Shown: positions 27,834 through 43,723, numbered from the stretch's first letter. The stretch: DNA of 64,000 bases from Octopus vulgaris (GCA_951406725.2 OX597814.1:180482001-180546000), one strand, 5' to 3'. Numbers and translations: made by a program. Notes: generated from the letters alone by a model not told the origin.

Positions 27834-30266
27834 GGATAAAATTCCTAACTTCTGGCTGAATGCCTTCCCAGAGAGCCATGAACTGCTAACAGAACTGTAC
27901 AATGATGTTTTGCAATACCCTAGTAGGATGCCTCCTTGGCTAGTTAATGGGTTAACATTCCTGCTTCCAAAAAGTGAAGAAACAAATGAGCCAAAAAACT
28001 ATAGACCCATAACCTGCTTAACAACTATGTATAAAACGCTAACATCTGTCCTGACGGAATATACTAATAGTTTTTTAGTAGACAGCAGCATATTCCATAA
28101 TGAACAGAAAGGATGTAAACGTGGATCCTACGGCTGTAAAGATTAACTACTCATCAATAAGATGATCTTAGAAGATTGTCACAAACGACACAAAAACTTA
28201 TCAATAGCCTGGATAGACTATAAAAAGGCTTTTGATAGCCTACCACATAGCTGGATTAGGAAATGCCTGGAAATGTATAAGATAGCACCTGCTCTGCGAA
28301 ACTTTTTGACTGTAAGTATGAGAGCATGGAGAACCACACTAACTCTGAACAGTGACAATGAATCCCTAAATGCTGGTAATGTAAAATTTTCATGTGGCAT
28401 TTTCCAGGGTGACTCACTGTCACCACTCCTCTTTTGTTTAGCCTTAATACCTCTCTCAAAACTGCTCAATGATGCGCAGTACGGGTATAAAATGTTTGAT
28501 AAAAATATAAATCATCTCATTTACATGGATGATTTAAAGCTTTTTGCAAAAAATGACCAACAACTCAAGGGCTTACTAGCGATAGACAAACAATTCAGTG
28601 ACGACATCAGAATGCAATTCGGCCTCGATAAATGTGCAAAAGCTACCTTTATCAAAGGAAAAATGACAGAAACATCTAACGTTAACCTTGACCAGCAGAA
28701 TGTCATAAAAGAACTAGACCCAGCGGAGAGCTACACGTACCTAGAGGTAATTGAAGGGGACGGAATAAGGCATTCAGAGATGAAGGAAAGGATCAGGAGA
28801 GAATGTTATCGAAGAGTGAGAGCAATACTCAAGACAGAGCTGAATGCAAGAAACAGGATCGAAGCGATCAATGCATTAGTCGTGACTTACAGTTTCAACA
28901 TCGTTAACTGGTCAATTACTGAAATATGTCAGCTCGACAGAAAAATACGAAAACTGTTGACAATGCATAGGATGCACCACCCTAAGGCAGATACAGAACG
29001 ACTTTATCTGCCAAGAAAAGAGGGAGGCCGTGGTCTTTTACAACTGGCAATAACAATGAAGATTGCTACAATTGGCCTAGACACCTACCTGAAAAACTCT
29101 GAGGACTGGATGTTAAAACTTGTCTCAAAACATGAAAACAAGAAAGCATCATACTCTGTAACAAAACAGGCAAAGGAATATCTAAGTGAATTCCGAATAC
29201 AACAAATTTCGGAATTAGAGATAGACATACAAGAAACAAGCACAGAAAAAGCTAAGCGCATGAAAACCCGTGCCAAAACTACGGCCTTAGATATTCTGAA
29301 TAATAAATGGCAAGAGAAACCTCTCTATGGCAAATACCCAAAGAGAGCGAATAATGCAAATATTGACAAAGCCCTGACCCATCAATGGCTAATGGCTTCT
29401 GGCTTAAAATCTGAAACAGAAGGGTTTATCATAGCAGCTCAAGATCAATGCCTACCAACAAGAAACTACCAGGCCAACATATTAAAGAACGGCAGTAGCC
29501 CAACATGTCGTGTATGTCGACAACAAAATGAAACCATTGATCATGTTGTCTCCAAATGCAGTCTTCTAGCGCCTACAGAGTACCTCAACAGGCATGATAG
29601 GGCTGCACAATATATTCACTGGGTAATTTGCAAAAAACCTGGATTTGCCCCATGAAAAAAATTGGTGGGAACACAATCCACCTCCAGTGCTTGAAAATGA
29701 CTACATCTCACTCCTCTGGAACTTCACCATTCAAACTGACAGAAAGATAGATGCAAATAGGCTAGACATCATAGTGAAAGACTTCAGACAAAGAACATGC
29801 CTCCTCATTGATATGACTGTCCCAATCGATATAAACGTATCTGTCAAGACCTACCAAAAACTGAGCAAATATAAAGATCTTGAAATAGAAATCAGCAAAA
29901 TGTGGAACCTGAAGACTAAAACAATAGCTGTTGTCATAGGTGCCCTGGGAATGATAGCGAAAGGGGCTGATTGCTACCTAACTCAGATACCAAGAAACCC
30001 CAAAATGGCAGAAATTCAAAAGATAGTACTCATGGGAACTGCTCATATCCTACGCAAAATACTCTCTATGTAATCCCAAGGTTTAAAACAAACTTTTTTT
30101 TTAAATTTATTTATTAGACATTCACTAGTACAACACCAAAAAAACCCCAAATATATGGCACACTAGGCATAACAACAATGTGAACTTCCAACCTGTTGTC
30201 TCTTGAGGTCTCTGGGTGAGACTTGGAGCCAACTTGTACAAACATAAAGCAAAAGTCAAACATAGA
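27832..30266 (+). mobile_element. R4/Dong-type RLE retrotransposon (family B), 5'-truncated, one stop and one frameshift
   Basis: ORFs 27910-28146, 28162-29655 and 29645-30073 carry RT (GIFQGDSLSP, YMDD), CCHC (CRVC..HVVSKC), RHD and the RLE core. (TAA)n on both flanks. Confidence 0.93.
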
Positions 30267-30357
<91 letters not shown>

Positions 30358-30359
30358 CA

Positions 30360-30440
30360 AACTACAGCGCATACCCAAGGCACAGAGAGCTGCGCTCGGT
30401 AGTGCAGTGAAAGCATGTTATAAAAATAAGACTACTGAAT
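30360..30440 (+). mobile_element. Short 3'-tail copy of Dong family A
   Basis: CATACCCAAGGCACAGAGAGCTGCGCTCGGTAGTG..ACTACTGAATAAT matches the reverse complement of 10727-10800. Confidence 0.85.
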
Positions 30441-30685
30441 AATAATAACAACAACAACAGCAACAACAACAGTAACCACAGTAATAATATCAGCAAGCGA
30501 AAGGAAAATTACTCATTGCCATAAAATAGAGTATTAATTAATTTAATAAGCTGACCTTAGCCAAACTCTTGTTCTATATTTTTAATCGTAATTTTCACGT
30601 TTACAGCCAAGCAATTAATTATTACTCTACTTAATGATACTGAGTGCTCTTTCGTTCGATGGTACTACTAATATGCATATGTGCA

Positions 30686-30744
<59 letters not shown>

Positions 30745-32342
30745 ACAAATACATATTCATATACATACACAATACATAGACACGTACATATACATATATA
30801 TACTTACACACACGCGCGCGCACCCACATGCGCACACACACACACACATATGCCTATCTTTGCAATCAAGAAAGAAATGAAAAATATCAAGCCATGGCAG
30901 TAAGAGATGACGTATGTGTATCTCAGAACAGCAGACTGTTCAATCGTTACAACCCGTCTTGGTTTCATTAGACACATGAATGCTTAACACAGAGTTCAGT
31001 TCCTTACATTTATACGTCGAGTCTCTGAAATATAATCCTGTGGTCAACCTATTTTCATATGCCAAATCCCAAATAGTCTATGAAAATAATTCCAATCGAC
31101 ATCAAACATTATTTCATAAGGAAGATATAGCTGCATTCCTTCTTTTAGTTAGAGGCCAATATAGATTGAAATAGCTGTGAATAAACTTGAAATTTATGTT
31201 GGTTAATGAGCAGCCAGAAAGATTACATTTTCTGTCGTTATAAAACAGAATGCAATCTTCATAGGAATGCAGAATTTTATTTTATGACTTCCGTGTTAAA
31301 CGTTAGAAGTTAGATAAAGGTCACAGCATAGGATTCCTCGCATTTAAGAAGTACATACAAACACATAAACATACGCACAAATATATCATATGGGCAAAAT
31401 GCTACAAATGTTGCTGGGGGAACGACATGATCACCAAGAGTAAATGAGTAGCAACCCTACCATCTTAATGTAAAAAAATAAAGACGCGTCAACGGATGTC
31501 ACGAGAGAGAGAGGGGGGAGGAGAGAGAGCAATGTATGTTTAAAATGCAAGTTATTGATATAAAGAATACTTAAGCGTGCATTAACGTGACATATTTTAC
31601 CTAGGTTATGTAAATGTCGTTCTGTAGCAACATTCTTCCTCGACTGCAGAGACCTCGAGCATTACATAGACAGTCAAATGATTGAGTGTCTTCCTTAACT
31701 GAGAAGACTTCCTTCGGGTCCACATGAACCGACCATTTGTTGCAGGATTTCAAGAAACTGGAGGCATCAACAATATCGGACTAGCCAACGTAGATTCTCG
31801 AAATGCTTGAAATATCAGTCAAATTGTCTTCAAACCTACGCAACCATTTTTAGTAAATGAACACATTAGAGAATACTGTCTGACATATACAAGTTATTGA
31901 TATAAGGAATACCTAAGGGTGCAATGTTTGGCAAAAGATCGGTTGGTCTAAATTGGAGCTTTTGCTCAATCATGTTTGACCAGAGATTAAGCAAACGCAG
32001 AGAGGATACACCTAGAAAAGATTAGATGAATTGAGCAACTAAAGTTACTGGTGGGTAGATATGTAAGCTTTATGAGCGAAAATAACAGAAGCAGTATAAA
32101 CAACTAGGCAACAACATTAACTTAAACAAACAGACAAAAAAGGGAGAAAGAAGAAAAACTAAGAGCACCGTCATCGCTGTAGCATCACGGTGGGGCCTGC
32201 TGAACCACCATCAAAGATGTTTGTAGCAACAGAAATGAGAGCCCCACGGCGTTCACCGTGGCGTTTGCATATTGCTAACATATCGCTATCACCGTCTTCA
32301 GAGACAAGACAGATGCTGGTTTAGATACATGCAAAAGCACTT

Positions 32343-32734
<392 letters not shown>

Positions 32735-33402
32735 TACACGGACACACACACATACATACATACACAGCGGCTCACTTGTTCAAATAAATGACGCAAATTT
32801 ACTCAGAAATATATATACATAAATAAACATAAGTAAATATGTATACACAGGCACACACACACGCATATATACACGTTCACGCTCGCACACATACATACAA
32901 TGTATGCGCACACGTGCGTGTGTGTGTGCTTGTGCTTGTGAGAGTGTGTGTTTGAGTATTATGTTTATATATGTATCCGTGCATACATATGTGCTTATCT
33001 GTTTATTCATTGCTGATATTATAGTTTCAGTTCCCCCGGGAAGTAATTCACTTTAGTCATACAATAGCAAGAACTAGGTCGAATTGATAAATATACGAGA
33101 TGTTTTAATATTCATTTCTACAAGAAATATCAAATATATCAAATTTCCCCATATATTATGCATTCATACTTGCATAGATACATACATACGTACATAGACA
33201 CAAACATAAACACATACACACATGCGTACATACATGCACACATGCATACATACACACACGCATACATACATACATATATACATACATACATACGTTTGTC
33301 TCAACATTCTCTTATCCTCATTACTTGTAACAATCTTTCTATCACGTATTCATTCCTCCTCGTTATCTATCTAAATTTCTCCCACTCACTCTCGCTTTCT
33401 AT

Positions 33403-33443
<41 letters not shown>

Positions 33444-33529
33444 CTGTCTATCAGTCTGTATGTCTATCTTCCTCTCTATCTCTCCCACTGATATTGTGTG
33501 ACGCCATGAGCATGTATTTGTTCATGTAA

Positions 33530-33720
33530 CCCTGTATGATCCAAGAAATATCGATGCACCATGCTGATGATTGATGTTTCGATGTTTATCTGTTAAAGGC
33601 CAATTTGAAATGTATTGCGTATAAAGCAGTCATTGAGAAGCAAGCAAACATCATGTAAGTGTATCCAAGGACTTCGGTATCTACATGAACGTTTCTAAGC
33701 CGAAAACCATCTTTGATTGC
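33530..33720 (+). mobile_element. Degenerate LINE RT remnant
   Basis: HADD (compare YADD) followed by FGIYMNVSKPK (compare GLxINxxKTK). Confidence 0.4.
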
Positions 33721-33864
33721 AAAACCTTAGTCTCTAACTTAAGTTTAACTGGTAAATCGTAAATTATTTCGCAACAAGACACTGCTTTGAAAATACATCG
33801 CCAATAAACTAGATAGGAATCTGATCAATATGCCACTCACGCTATTCTCTTTCACACACACACA

Positions 33865-33982
<118 letters not shown>

Positions 33983-33983
33983 T

Positions 33984-34015
<32 letters not shown>

Positions 34016-34197
34016 CCTCTCTCGTTCGCTCGCTCTCTCTCTCTCCCTACCTTCCCTCGTACACATTCACGCACATACACACAGGTAGACACACACACTC
34101 GCACATACACACACATATATATGTATATGCGCGTGTGTGTTTGTGTGTGCGTGTGTGTATGTGAGTGTATATGTGTGTGTTCATGTGTATATATGTG

Positions 34198-35452
34198 CAG
34201 GGTGCGTAAGGTATTTGAGGACATAACATTTTGGGGGTCATTGCTGCAATTTTTGCTAGGTCTATATAATTTTTGTTTCAGAAAGTAATAATGGTAGACA
34301 CTCAGCTTACTCAAGAAATGAAGATATGCTGTTATTGTGGCATGCTGTTATTGTGGTTATAAAGGCTAAGTATAGTGATTTAGTAATATCTCGAGTTTTG
34401 AAAGTTGCCAGATCTTTCGTCTACAAAGTTTGTAAGGTGCTAAATACTGAAGATGGAAAGGTATCATCAGTATCAAAGCATAAAAAAAAAACATATTAAA
34501 CGCTCTGAAACCGTCAAAACACCTGAATTTGTCCAGCAAGTTCAACAAGCCATTGATTACAATCCCAGAAAGTCCATAAGGTCAATTGCAAAAGATCTCC
34601 GTGTGTCAGAAGGAACAGTCAGAAATGCTGCCCACGAAGAGATCAGATACAAGTCTTATATGATGAGGAATGGTTAATTTGCCAGCAAAAGCAAAAGAGA
34701 ATCACTACATCATATCTAAAAGGCTCTTAAACAAACTGAAAATTCCAGTAGAAGATTTAATTTGGTTTTTCTCAAACGAGAAAAACTTCGACCAAGATCA
34801 AAAAGTTTAAAGAAGAAATGACAAATGGTTATGTGCAGGCCTTTCTGAAGTTCCAAGTGTTATGCATATAAAGTTTCATGCACCATGGTTTTAGGGGTTG
34901 TAGCAATGAAGGACATGCGATGCCTCCTTACTTCTTTCTACAAGGCCTTAGAGTTAACTCTGCCGCCTACATTGAGGTCCTGGAAATAATTGTTACGTCC
35001 TGGATAGACAGTGTATGCAATGGAAGGCGATGTGTGTTTCAGTAAGGCTCTGCACTATCACACTAGTAACACAGGAGTGGATAGCCGAAAATTTTCATGA
35101 TCACATAACTGCTAACATTTGACCCTCTAATTCCCCAGATCTCAATCCATTGGACTATTACATGTGGAGCGTTGTTAAGAGAGAGGTCAATGAACGCGCC
35201 CATAACACCAAAGATTCTTTGAAAACTGCCATAGTCAGAATAATGTCCAAAATGAATCAGGACATCTTGATTCGAGCAGGTAGATGATTTAGATCTTATA
35301 TAGAAGCACTTGTTGAAGCTGAAGGAGGCTTTATTAAATAACATTATAGAAAAGGTTTATTTTTATCCTCATAGCATTTTTTGATAAAGTTATTATCTGT
35401 TATATAGCTGTTTCTTTTTATAAATATAAATCTATCCTCAAATAGCTTACGC

Positions 35453-35458
<6 letters not shown>
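34198..35458 (+). mobile_element. Tc1/mariner superfamily transposon, DD37D (maT-like), near full length but inactivated
   Basis: TIRs CAGGGTGCGTAAGGTATTTGAGGA / TCCTCAAATAGCTTACGCACCCTA. Transposase pieces NPRKSIRSIAKDLRVSEGTVR, FSNEKNF, Q*GSA, SPDLNPLDYY, with spacing consistent with D37D after allowing a small deletion. Confidence 0.88.
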
Positions 35459-35532
<74 letters not shown>

Positions 35533-36966
35533 GCAATGTCAGATTACAGCCTGATACTTAAGGTAAGCTGTGAGCATTAGAAATGTAGATTGTCAATAAA
35601 AGACTTTATTATTATAAAGTAGTACGTGCGAACAGTTGACAACAAAGATATTTACTCTCTCCCTCCCTGTCTTAGTCTCTCTCTCCCTCTCTTTATCACC
35701 TTCTCACTCTCTTTGCCTCCTCTCTCTTTATCTTTCCTTCCTCCCAATCTCATTCCCGATTCTCTTTCTTTCTTTCGTTATTTTCTCTCTCTTTCACACA
35801 CACAGACACACACAGCCACAGAGAGAGAAAAAGAGAGAAGGGGGGAGAAATCACTCGGCCCTTTCATGCATCTTGAATTTACGTATAACTTTTTAATATC
35901 CTTTCTAACTTTTGGGTCAAGCCCAGCATTTTTTTAGGTGAGAGGGAGGCGTATCACATTGGTCTCAGTGTTCGACTGGTACTTATTTTATCTACTCCGA
36001 AAGGATAGAAGGCAAATTCGGCCTTGGCGGAATTTGAACTCAGAATGTAAAACTGGAAAAATGCCGCTAAGCATTTTGGCAGGTGAGCTAACGATTCTAC
36101 TAGACCACCGCCCTCAAATCTTTTGATTTCATCACTTATTAGTCTATCTAACTATTTCTACTATAGGTGCAAGCGTAAAATATTATGGGAGATATTTAGT
36201 CGATTAAATTGATCCCAGTGCTTGATTACTACTACATTTATCGGTCCGGAAATTAGAAAAACGGGAAATGGACTACGTTGAGATTTGAACTCAAACATAA
36301 AGGGCCGAAAGAAATTGCGTAAGATATTTTTCCAATGCTCTAGCAATGCTACAACACAGCAACCTTTTGTTCATGCATGTAATGGGTTTGAAACACATGT
36401 GGAAATTTTACTTGTCTGACATCATGAGATTTAGCCTTTTACTGAATTGTTCATTGAATTCCAGACTTTGAAATAGCATTTTTATAATGAATTGAAAGCC
36501 ATTTGCTTTTTATAGTTAATAATTAATATTCATAGTTTTATCTGGATATGCACTGCTTTATATCAACTGCGCAGGATGAACGTCCTTGATATATGTGAGT
36601 ATGCATATGTGCGTATGCGTACTATGTGTGCACGCGTGTGTAGGCTGTGTGAATGAGTGCATAGGTATATGTATTTGCATGTGCGTTTCTTTATAGAGAA
36701 ATAAACACAGAAAGACGAATACAAAGAAGACTGTTGTTCGGGGAAATCATCACAATACAAATAAGATAAAGGAAATTTCTCCCTCAACAAAAGCCTCTTG
36801 TAGTCAGAAGTCTGCAATGAAATTCCTGGAACTGCAGCTCAAGTACACATACTGAAAATTACAATCAGCGCAAACGGGCTTGTCAGCTTGACCCTAAACA
36901 AAGTTATCCTATTCTTTTATTGTAACTTGGTAACACATTTAATAGTATGCAGAATACGATTCCACC

Positions 36967-37031
<65 letters not shown>

Positions 37032-37723
37032 ATTACGTATATATGTATGTAATGTATGTATGTATGTATGTATGTATGTATGTATGTATGTATATGTATA
37101 CACACACATATAATTTAAATGAGAATCGAAGTCAAATTTATATTACATTTGTTTCCGTAAACGGACGATACCATTTATTCCGTATCTCATGCAATGTTAT
37201 GTAATACATGTCATAATATATGGAAATCTATACTATAATAGAGAAAGCTGCTTATTAATTAGGTATGTAATAGTTACTAAAAGAAAGCAGTTATTAAAGG
37301 CTTGACCGTCTGGAAATATTTTTATAAATTCATGTTCCAAGATATTTCCTGTAATTACGATTTCTGAAGTTTATTGAATATTTCACAAATTTAAGTAATC
37401 GTTGCATTCACTGCGGAGTAGATTTATCGCCTTAACCTCGCCATCGCCCGTGGTAATGCTGAAAATGTGCTGACTTGCTTCAGTAGATTGTTAAGCAGAT
37501 GGTTTCAATACAGTTTTAACAGAAAGATTTGTAAGAATTAGATGAAAGTTCTCCGGTAATTTTCTTTCATTTAAATAAATGTTTATGTTCATTTAAAATT
37601 TTGCCAGCAAAATCTTATACAATGACACTGTTCTAAAAGATGTGCATATTTATATGTTATGTACGAAAATATTAATTCGTTGCAGACGAAATTGTCCGTT
37701 TTCATTTGCAACAGTCTCTCATA

Positions 37724-37794
<71 letters not shown>

Positions 37795-38964
37795 CTCTAT
37801 ATTCATTAACGATAATTTAGTATATATATATTCTGATGGCTTACTCTAACAAATCGAGTGTTATGAACATACATCTGAAAGAACTAGTGTTCCTGCAATG
37901 GCGAACAAAAGTGATTACCATATTCACGTCCGAATCTACGGGAAAGTATTACATATTTAGAATAAATATGCAGGTCACCATTATAATTCTTGCTATTCCC
38001 CGTTCTTGTGACGATTTATTATTTGTTCATATATATTGCACATATAATCACATAAACATAAATGTATACATATATTATTTCTTATGTATATGAGTTTGTG
38101 TGTCTGTGACTCTTAGTGGTGTGTGTATGTGTGTGTGGCGGGGTGCAATTTATTCTTCTTTTCTAAATTTGACAGGGCATGATTTATTTGAGCTTTGGCA
38201 CCTATTTGTAGCATGTTGAAGAGGTCCTTTTATTTGCTTATGCCATTGAATAGAATGAACCAACTGCTAAAACAGCATATACATGTATGAATCAAATTAC
38301 CCCCAGGTATGCAGGTAAGTAGGTAGGAAGGTAAATAATTATGTATGCATGTAGTTTGGTAGGTACATAGGTATAGTGTGTATGCGTTTTGGGTTTGTTA
38401 TATGCATATACATGTACATTTTGTGTTCGTATTTATACATATATATACATAGTGCCAGCGTCTGCGTATAACGTCAATCGTTGAACTTGTATGTCTGAAT
38501 AAGCACATTTTTATACTTATCTGTAGATATATGTGTCTGTGTACATTTACATATATACACACATATATACACATGTACACATACATACACACATACATAC
38601 ATATATACATACATACATATATATATATATGTATATATATACAAAATTACGAGGAATGACCACTCAAGTGGTCTCCTAATATGCTAAATATAGACGTCAA
38701 ATCGCCATTACCACGAAGAGTGTGTTCTCAAGACTGTTTGTCCCCACCATCATCCCTTGACAACCGATGCTGGTGTGTTTACGTCCCCGTAAATTAGCGG
38801 TTCGGCAAAAGAGACCAATAGAATAAGAACTAGGCTTACAAAGAATAAGTCCTGGGGTAGATTTGCTCGACTAAAAGCAGTGCTCCAGCATGGCCGCAGT
38901 TAAATGACTGAAACAAGTAAGAGTATAAGAGTAAAAGAGATAGGAATATAGAAGACAAAAAATA

Positions 38965-39320
38965 GTAAGATCAGACTTTGCAATACCGTATGATAATGGT
39001 ATGAATGCCAAACAAACTGAGCAACTGGAGAAATACTAGGATCTAGCTAGAGAGATGAAGAGATAGCATGATAGCATATGTCTGTACACAAAAAAATATC
39101 TATAGATTCAAACCCAAACAGGCATATGCAAAACAAGCATCACCTTAAAAGAAATATTGACAATTATTTCACGTGATAATGAGAACATTTGGCACAACGT
39201 CTACACTTTTACCGAAGAGCCTGAAGAATATTGGAATTGAGATTCGAGTTCTCCACCTGCAGAAAAGTGCTACCATGTATTCTCCGAAAATCATATGAAA
39301 GACGTTTGAAATTTCAGACG
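38965..39320 (+). mobile_element. Very degenerate R4/Dong-like RLE C-terminal remnant
   Basis: DFAIPYD..EQLEKY*DLARE and HLQKSA pieces. Confidence 0.55.
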
Positions 39321-39431
39321 ATCTGTTGTCAGCAAACTTCAGCACATCATTTCTGCCAACTAATATAGCATGTAGTTGTTATAATAACAGTAATATTACG
39401 TTCTTATCTTTATCTGTTTCTTTATTAATTG

Positions 39432-39818
39432 AATGGAAGCACTCCGTCGGTTACGACGACGAGGGTTCCGGTTGATCCGAATCAACGGAACAGCCTGCTC
39501 GTGAAATTAACGTGTAAGTGGCTGAGCACTCCACAGACACGTGTACCCTTAACGTAGTTCTCGGGGCTATTCAGCGTGACACAGAGAGTGACAAGGCCGG
39601 CCCTTTGAAATACAGGTACAACAGAAAATAGGAAGTAAGAGTGAGAGAAAGTTGTGGTGAAAGAGTACAGCAGGGATCACCACCATCCCTGCCGGAGCCT
39701 CGTGGAGCTTTAGGTGTTTTCGCTCAATAAACACTCACAACGCCCTGTCTGGGAATCGAAATCGCGATCCTACGACCGCGAGTCCGCTGCTCTAACCACT
39801 GGGCCATTGCGCCTCCAC
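39432..39818 (-). mobile_element. tRNA-derived SINE (same head as 21357, different 3' body)
   Basis: Minus-strand head GGAGGCGCAATGGCCCAGTGGTTAGAGCAGCGGACTCGCGG..TTTCGATTCCCAGA. An older partial copy lies at ~15700-15870. Confidence 0.8.
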
Positions 39819-39819
39819 T

Positions 39820-40050
39820 GTTTCTTTATTACCCACAAGGGGCTAAACACAGAGGAGACGAACAAGGACAGATAAACGGATTAAGTCAATTACATCGACC
39901 CCAGTGCGTCACTGGTACTTAATTTATCGACCCCGAAAGGATGACAGGCAAAGTCGACCTCGGCGGAATTTGAACTCAGAACGTAACGGCAGACAAAATA
40001 CGGCTACGCATTTCGCTCGGCGTGCTAACCTTTCTGCCAGCTCGCCGCCT
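39820..40050 (-). mobile_element. Nin-like SINE monomer
   Basis: Reverse complement of the 22307 family. Confidence 0.9.
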
Positions 40051-40569
40051 TTTACTTCCTTATCTTTATCTCTCACTTCCACATCTAACTATCCTTTGCA
40101 TTTCTTCCCCTCCCCTTCCCTCTATCCTCTCGTACTTCCCCCCACCTCACTCTTTATAATATCTCTCTCGTATCCTGTCTCTTTTTTCCTTCCTCTCTCT
40201 CCCTCTCCTTTCTCTCTTATAATCAGCCTAAGGACATTCTATCTTTAATCGTCAAACAAGACAGGAATAAGAATCAAAGTATTTCGAGTATAAACTGATT
40301 AACCATATCCAACGGAATATCTTTTAATACATGTCGTTAAACCCCACTGAAATTTGATCTCTTGCCATTTAAACATCTGATAAACAGATTTTATTTTGAA
40401 TTTAAATTTCAAAGCCGGTCTTTGTGATCCATTTGAACATCTGAATTTCATATTTTCTAGCAGCTGTTTTCCCTCTTTACTTTTCTATAATGTCGTCATT
40501 AAATGTTCTAGCCAACTTGATGTCATCATTAGTTAATCAGTTGCTGTTGCTTTTTTTTTTTACCTATTT

Positions 40570-40631
<62 letters not shown>

Positions 40632-40780
40632 TCACTTTCTTATTGTCTCATATCTTATTTGTGTTCTTATGTCAATGCGTTATAAAGAGAAGAGCTGAAG
40701 CATTGATTTGATATTTTTGCAGCCCAGCAAATAGGACACACGCACACTCGCGCATATACATATGCACATATGATGTATGG

Positions 40781-40820
<40 letters not shown>

Positions 40821-40825
40821 TTTTT

Positions 40826-41079
40826 TCTTGTTTGAGTCATGGAACTGCAGTTTAGTCGAACAAATCGACTCCAGTACTTATTTATATTTCTTAAACCTGG
40901 TACTTATTCTATCGGACATCTTTGCCGAACTGCTAAGTTATGGAGATATAAACAAAGCAGCACCGTTTTGGGGATGAACACAAATACACACACACACTCA
41001 CATACACACAAATGTATGCATACACACACGCACTCTCTTTTACTGTCTGTCTCTCTGTCTGTCTCTGTCTGTCTGTCTA

Positions 41080-41159
<80 letters not shown>

Positions 41160-41310
41160 CGTGCTTCTTTCGGTTTCCATTTACCAAAACCACTCACAAA
41201 GCTTTGTTTGGTCAGACTGAGTACTAAGCAGAAAACACTTAGCACGCAGTGGAACTGAAACTGGAATCTTGTGGTTAGGAAATAAACTTCTTACCACACA
41301 GCCTCACCAG
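40826..41310 (-). mobile_element. CORE-type tRNA SINE (degenerate) with internal microsatellite
   Basis: Reverse complement of the 61484 family. Confidence 0.7.
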
Positions 41311-41487
41311 CGCGAATATATATATATATATACACGCACAAAGTATGGAGGTTTAGTTCACAGGTGATCTAAACGATTAGGTACGCTAGAGAAGTGCTGT
41401 AACGGATTACTAGGGCTCCAAGGTTATAGCCAAGGCGGTAGTTATGGACCCATTGCAGATTTCCGATGCAGCGAATATATAATTGTT

Positions 41488-41568
<81 letters not shown>

Positions 41569-41574
41569 CATATA

Positions 41575-42250
41575 TATACAGGTTTTGGCCAGTATTGGCC
41601 CAGGCCATGTCTAACTTAATAGCACCACCTGGCGAAGTCTTTCAATTCAGGATTTGGGCACCAAGGCCCATTCGAGCAGAGAGTTATTGTTTGCGGAGAC
41701 ATATCCGGGTGTGGGTGGTTTGTCCGGGACTGTTTGAAGGAATTTGTCCAAAGACTTCTTGAATTTTGTGAGGTCAGTTTCTTTTTTGATGTGTCCTGGT
41801 GTAATGTTAAAGAGAGCGGGTCCAATTGAGGTGAAATAGTTGTGCCGTATTGTCGTTATGTGATGCGATTTAGATTTTTGTTGTGGACGGATGGCACGTG
41901 GTCCAAGCCTTGGATATATTTTGAAGGTGATGCCAACATCATTCGGACAGTGCTGATGGAATATTTTCCACATCATACAGATAATGTAGCGTTCACGGCG
42001 TCGTTGGAGTGAATACAGTTTCAGCTTCTCTAGTCTACCCCAGTAGTCAAGGTCTGACATGCCATCTATCTTCTTTGTGATTGACCTTTGGGGAGCTTCA
42101 ATTCTCATAATATTTTGTTTTGTGTAGGGAGACCACAGTGGACAGCAGTATTCAAGGTATTCAGACAGCAGTATTCAAGCAGTATTCAAGGTCGGGCAAA
42201 AGTGGAGAAGAGAAGGATAATAGTGTGGGAATCTCTCGACTGGAAGGTTA
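41575..42250 (-). mobile_element. CR1-group LINE 3' fragment
   Basis: LEYCCPLWSPY..RIEAPQRSITKKI..YWGRLEKLKLYSLQRRRER..FKKSLDKFL. Triplicated CAGTATTCAAG near 42146-42191. Confidence 0.85.
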
Positions 42251-42329
42251 TATATATATATATACATATATACATATATACATACATACATGCATACATA
42301 CTTATGCGTGCATTTATATATATATATTC

Positions 42330-42363
<34 letters not shown>

Positions 42364-42439
42364 TGTATAATACGTATTATATATAAACATATACATATAT
42401 TCACACTTATATTTATGCAGAAAAATAGAATAAACAGAG

Positions 42440-42474
<35 letters not shown>

Positions 42475-43168
42475 GGAGAGGATAGTCGTGTATTATTAGT
42501 TCTGATAAACACGCATCTAACTATAATATTTTCTCACGATGACCAGTACAGAACGCTTTAACAACAACAACCAGTGTCTGCGAATCCAAGCAAAAGATAT
42601 TTGTAATGAAGCAATTTTCTATGGATGCGAACAAATAGCGTAGATACATGTAATCTTCCCCAGATATTAACAAATGTACTTGCGAGTCAGATTATTGGTA
42701 GGATATCGAAAACAACAATTGTTGAGGAACACGCTTTTGTTGCACGATATTTTCCTACTAACAATGAACAAATCAATATGCATCAGTTTAGCTATTCATC
42801 CTATTTCCTATTGTATATCTATTTTTCTTCATTGTCATGAGTTGATTGGGTATGAAAATTTAAACATCAGTTGTTATTTGCGATTTGTAATTCGTAATTT
42901 GCAAAATTGATGCGGCTATAACCAAATTCTATAAATGTAAGTAAATACATTTGCATGGAACTTTTACTTTCGCATCGAAATAAACGTGACTAAAGCTATG
43001 TGACTGATATGTTTAATTTATACTTCTACGCAGTCTATAGATGTCCAAGACTGAAGTGAAAAGATAAGCTAAGTCTTATATATAATATATGGAACGTTAA
43101 AAAGGAAGATGCCTACTAGTAATAAATATGTAGTGAGAAAACTAAAATCAATATTAATTAATGACTAA

Positions 43169-43723
43169 AGTGGCGAGCTGGCAGAAACGTTAGCACGCCG
43201 GGTGAAATGCTTAGCAGTATTTCGTCTGTCGCTACGTTCTGAGTTCAAATACCGCCGAGGTCGACAATGCCTTTCATCCTTTCGGGTCGATAAATTAAGT
43301 ACCAGTGACGCACTGGGGTCGATGTAATTGACTTAATCCGTTTGTCTGTACTTGTTTATCCCCTCTATGTTTAGCCCCTTGTGGGTAGTAAAGAAATAGG
43401 TATTTCATGTCTTTACGTTCTGAGTTCAAATTCCCCCTTTAGGGGTCGATACCATTTGTGTACTGGGGTCACTCTAAGCGACTGTACCCCTCCCCCAAAA
43501 TTTCGGGCCTTGTGCCTAGAGTAGAAAAGAATCGTTAGCACACGGGGTAAAATGCGTAGCGGCATTTCGTTCGTCTTTACTTTCTGAGTTCAAATTCGCC
43601 CGAGGTCGACTTTGCCTTTCATCTTTTTGCGGACGATAAAATAAGTAAGAGTTGAGCACTAGGGTCGATGTAATCGAATTACCCTTCCCTCGAAATTGCA
43701 GACCTTGTGCCAAAATTTGAAAG
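43169..43723 (+). mobile_element. Composite of three Nin-like SINE units within one 20-bp TSD
   Basis: CAATATTAATTAATGACTAA at 43149-43168 and again at 43724-43743. Confidence 0.8.

Noticed and set aside
33563-33610. CTGATGA hammerhead core
   Set aside because: Better explained as ADD codons of an RT remnant; no stems.
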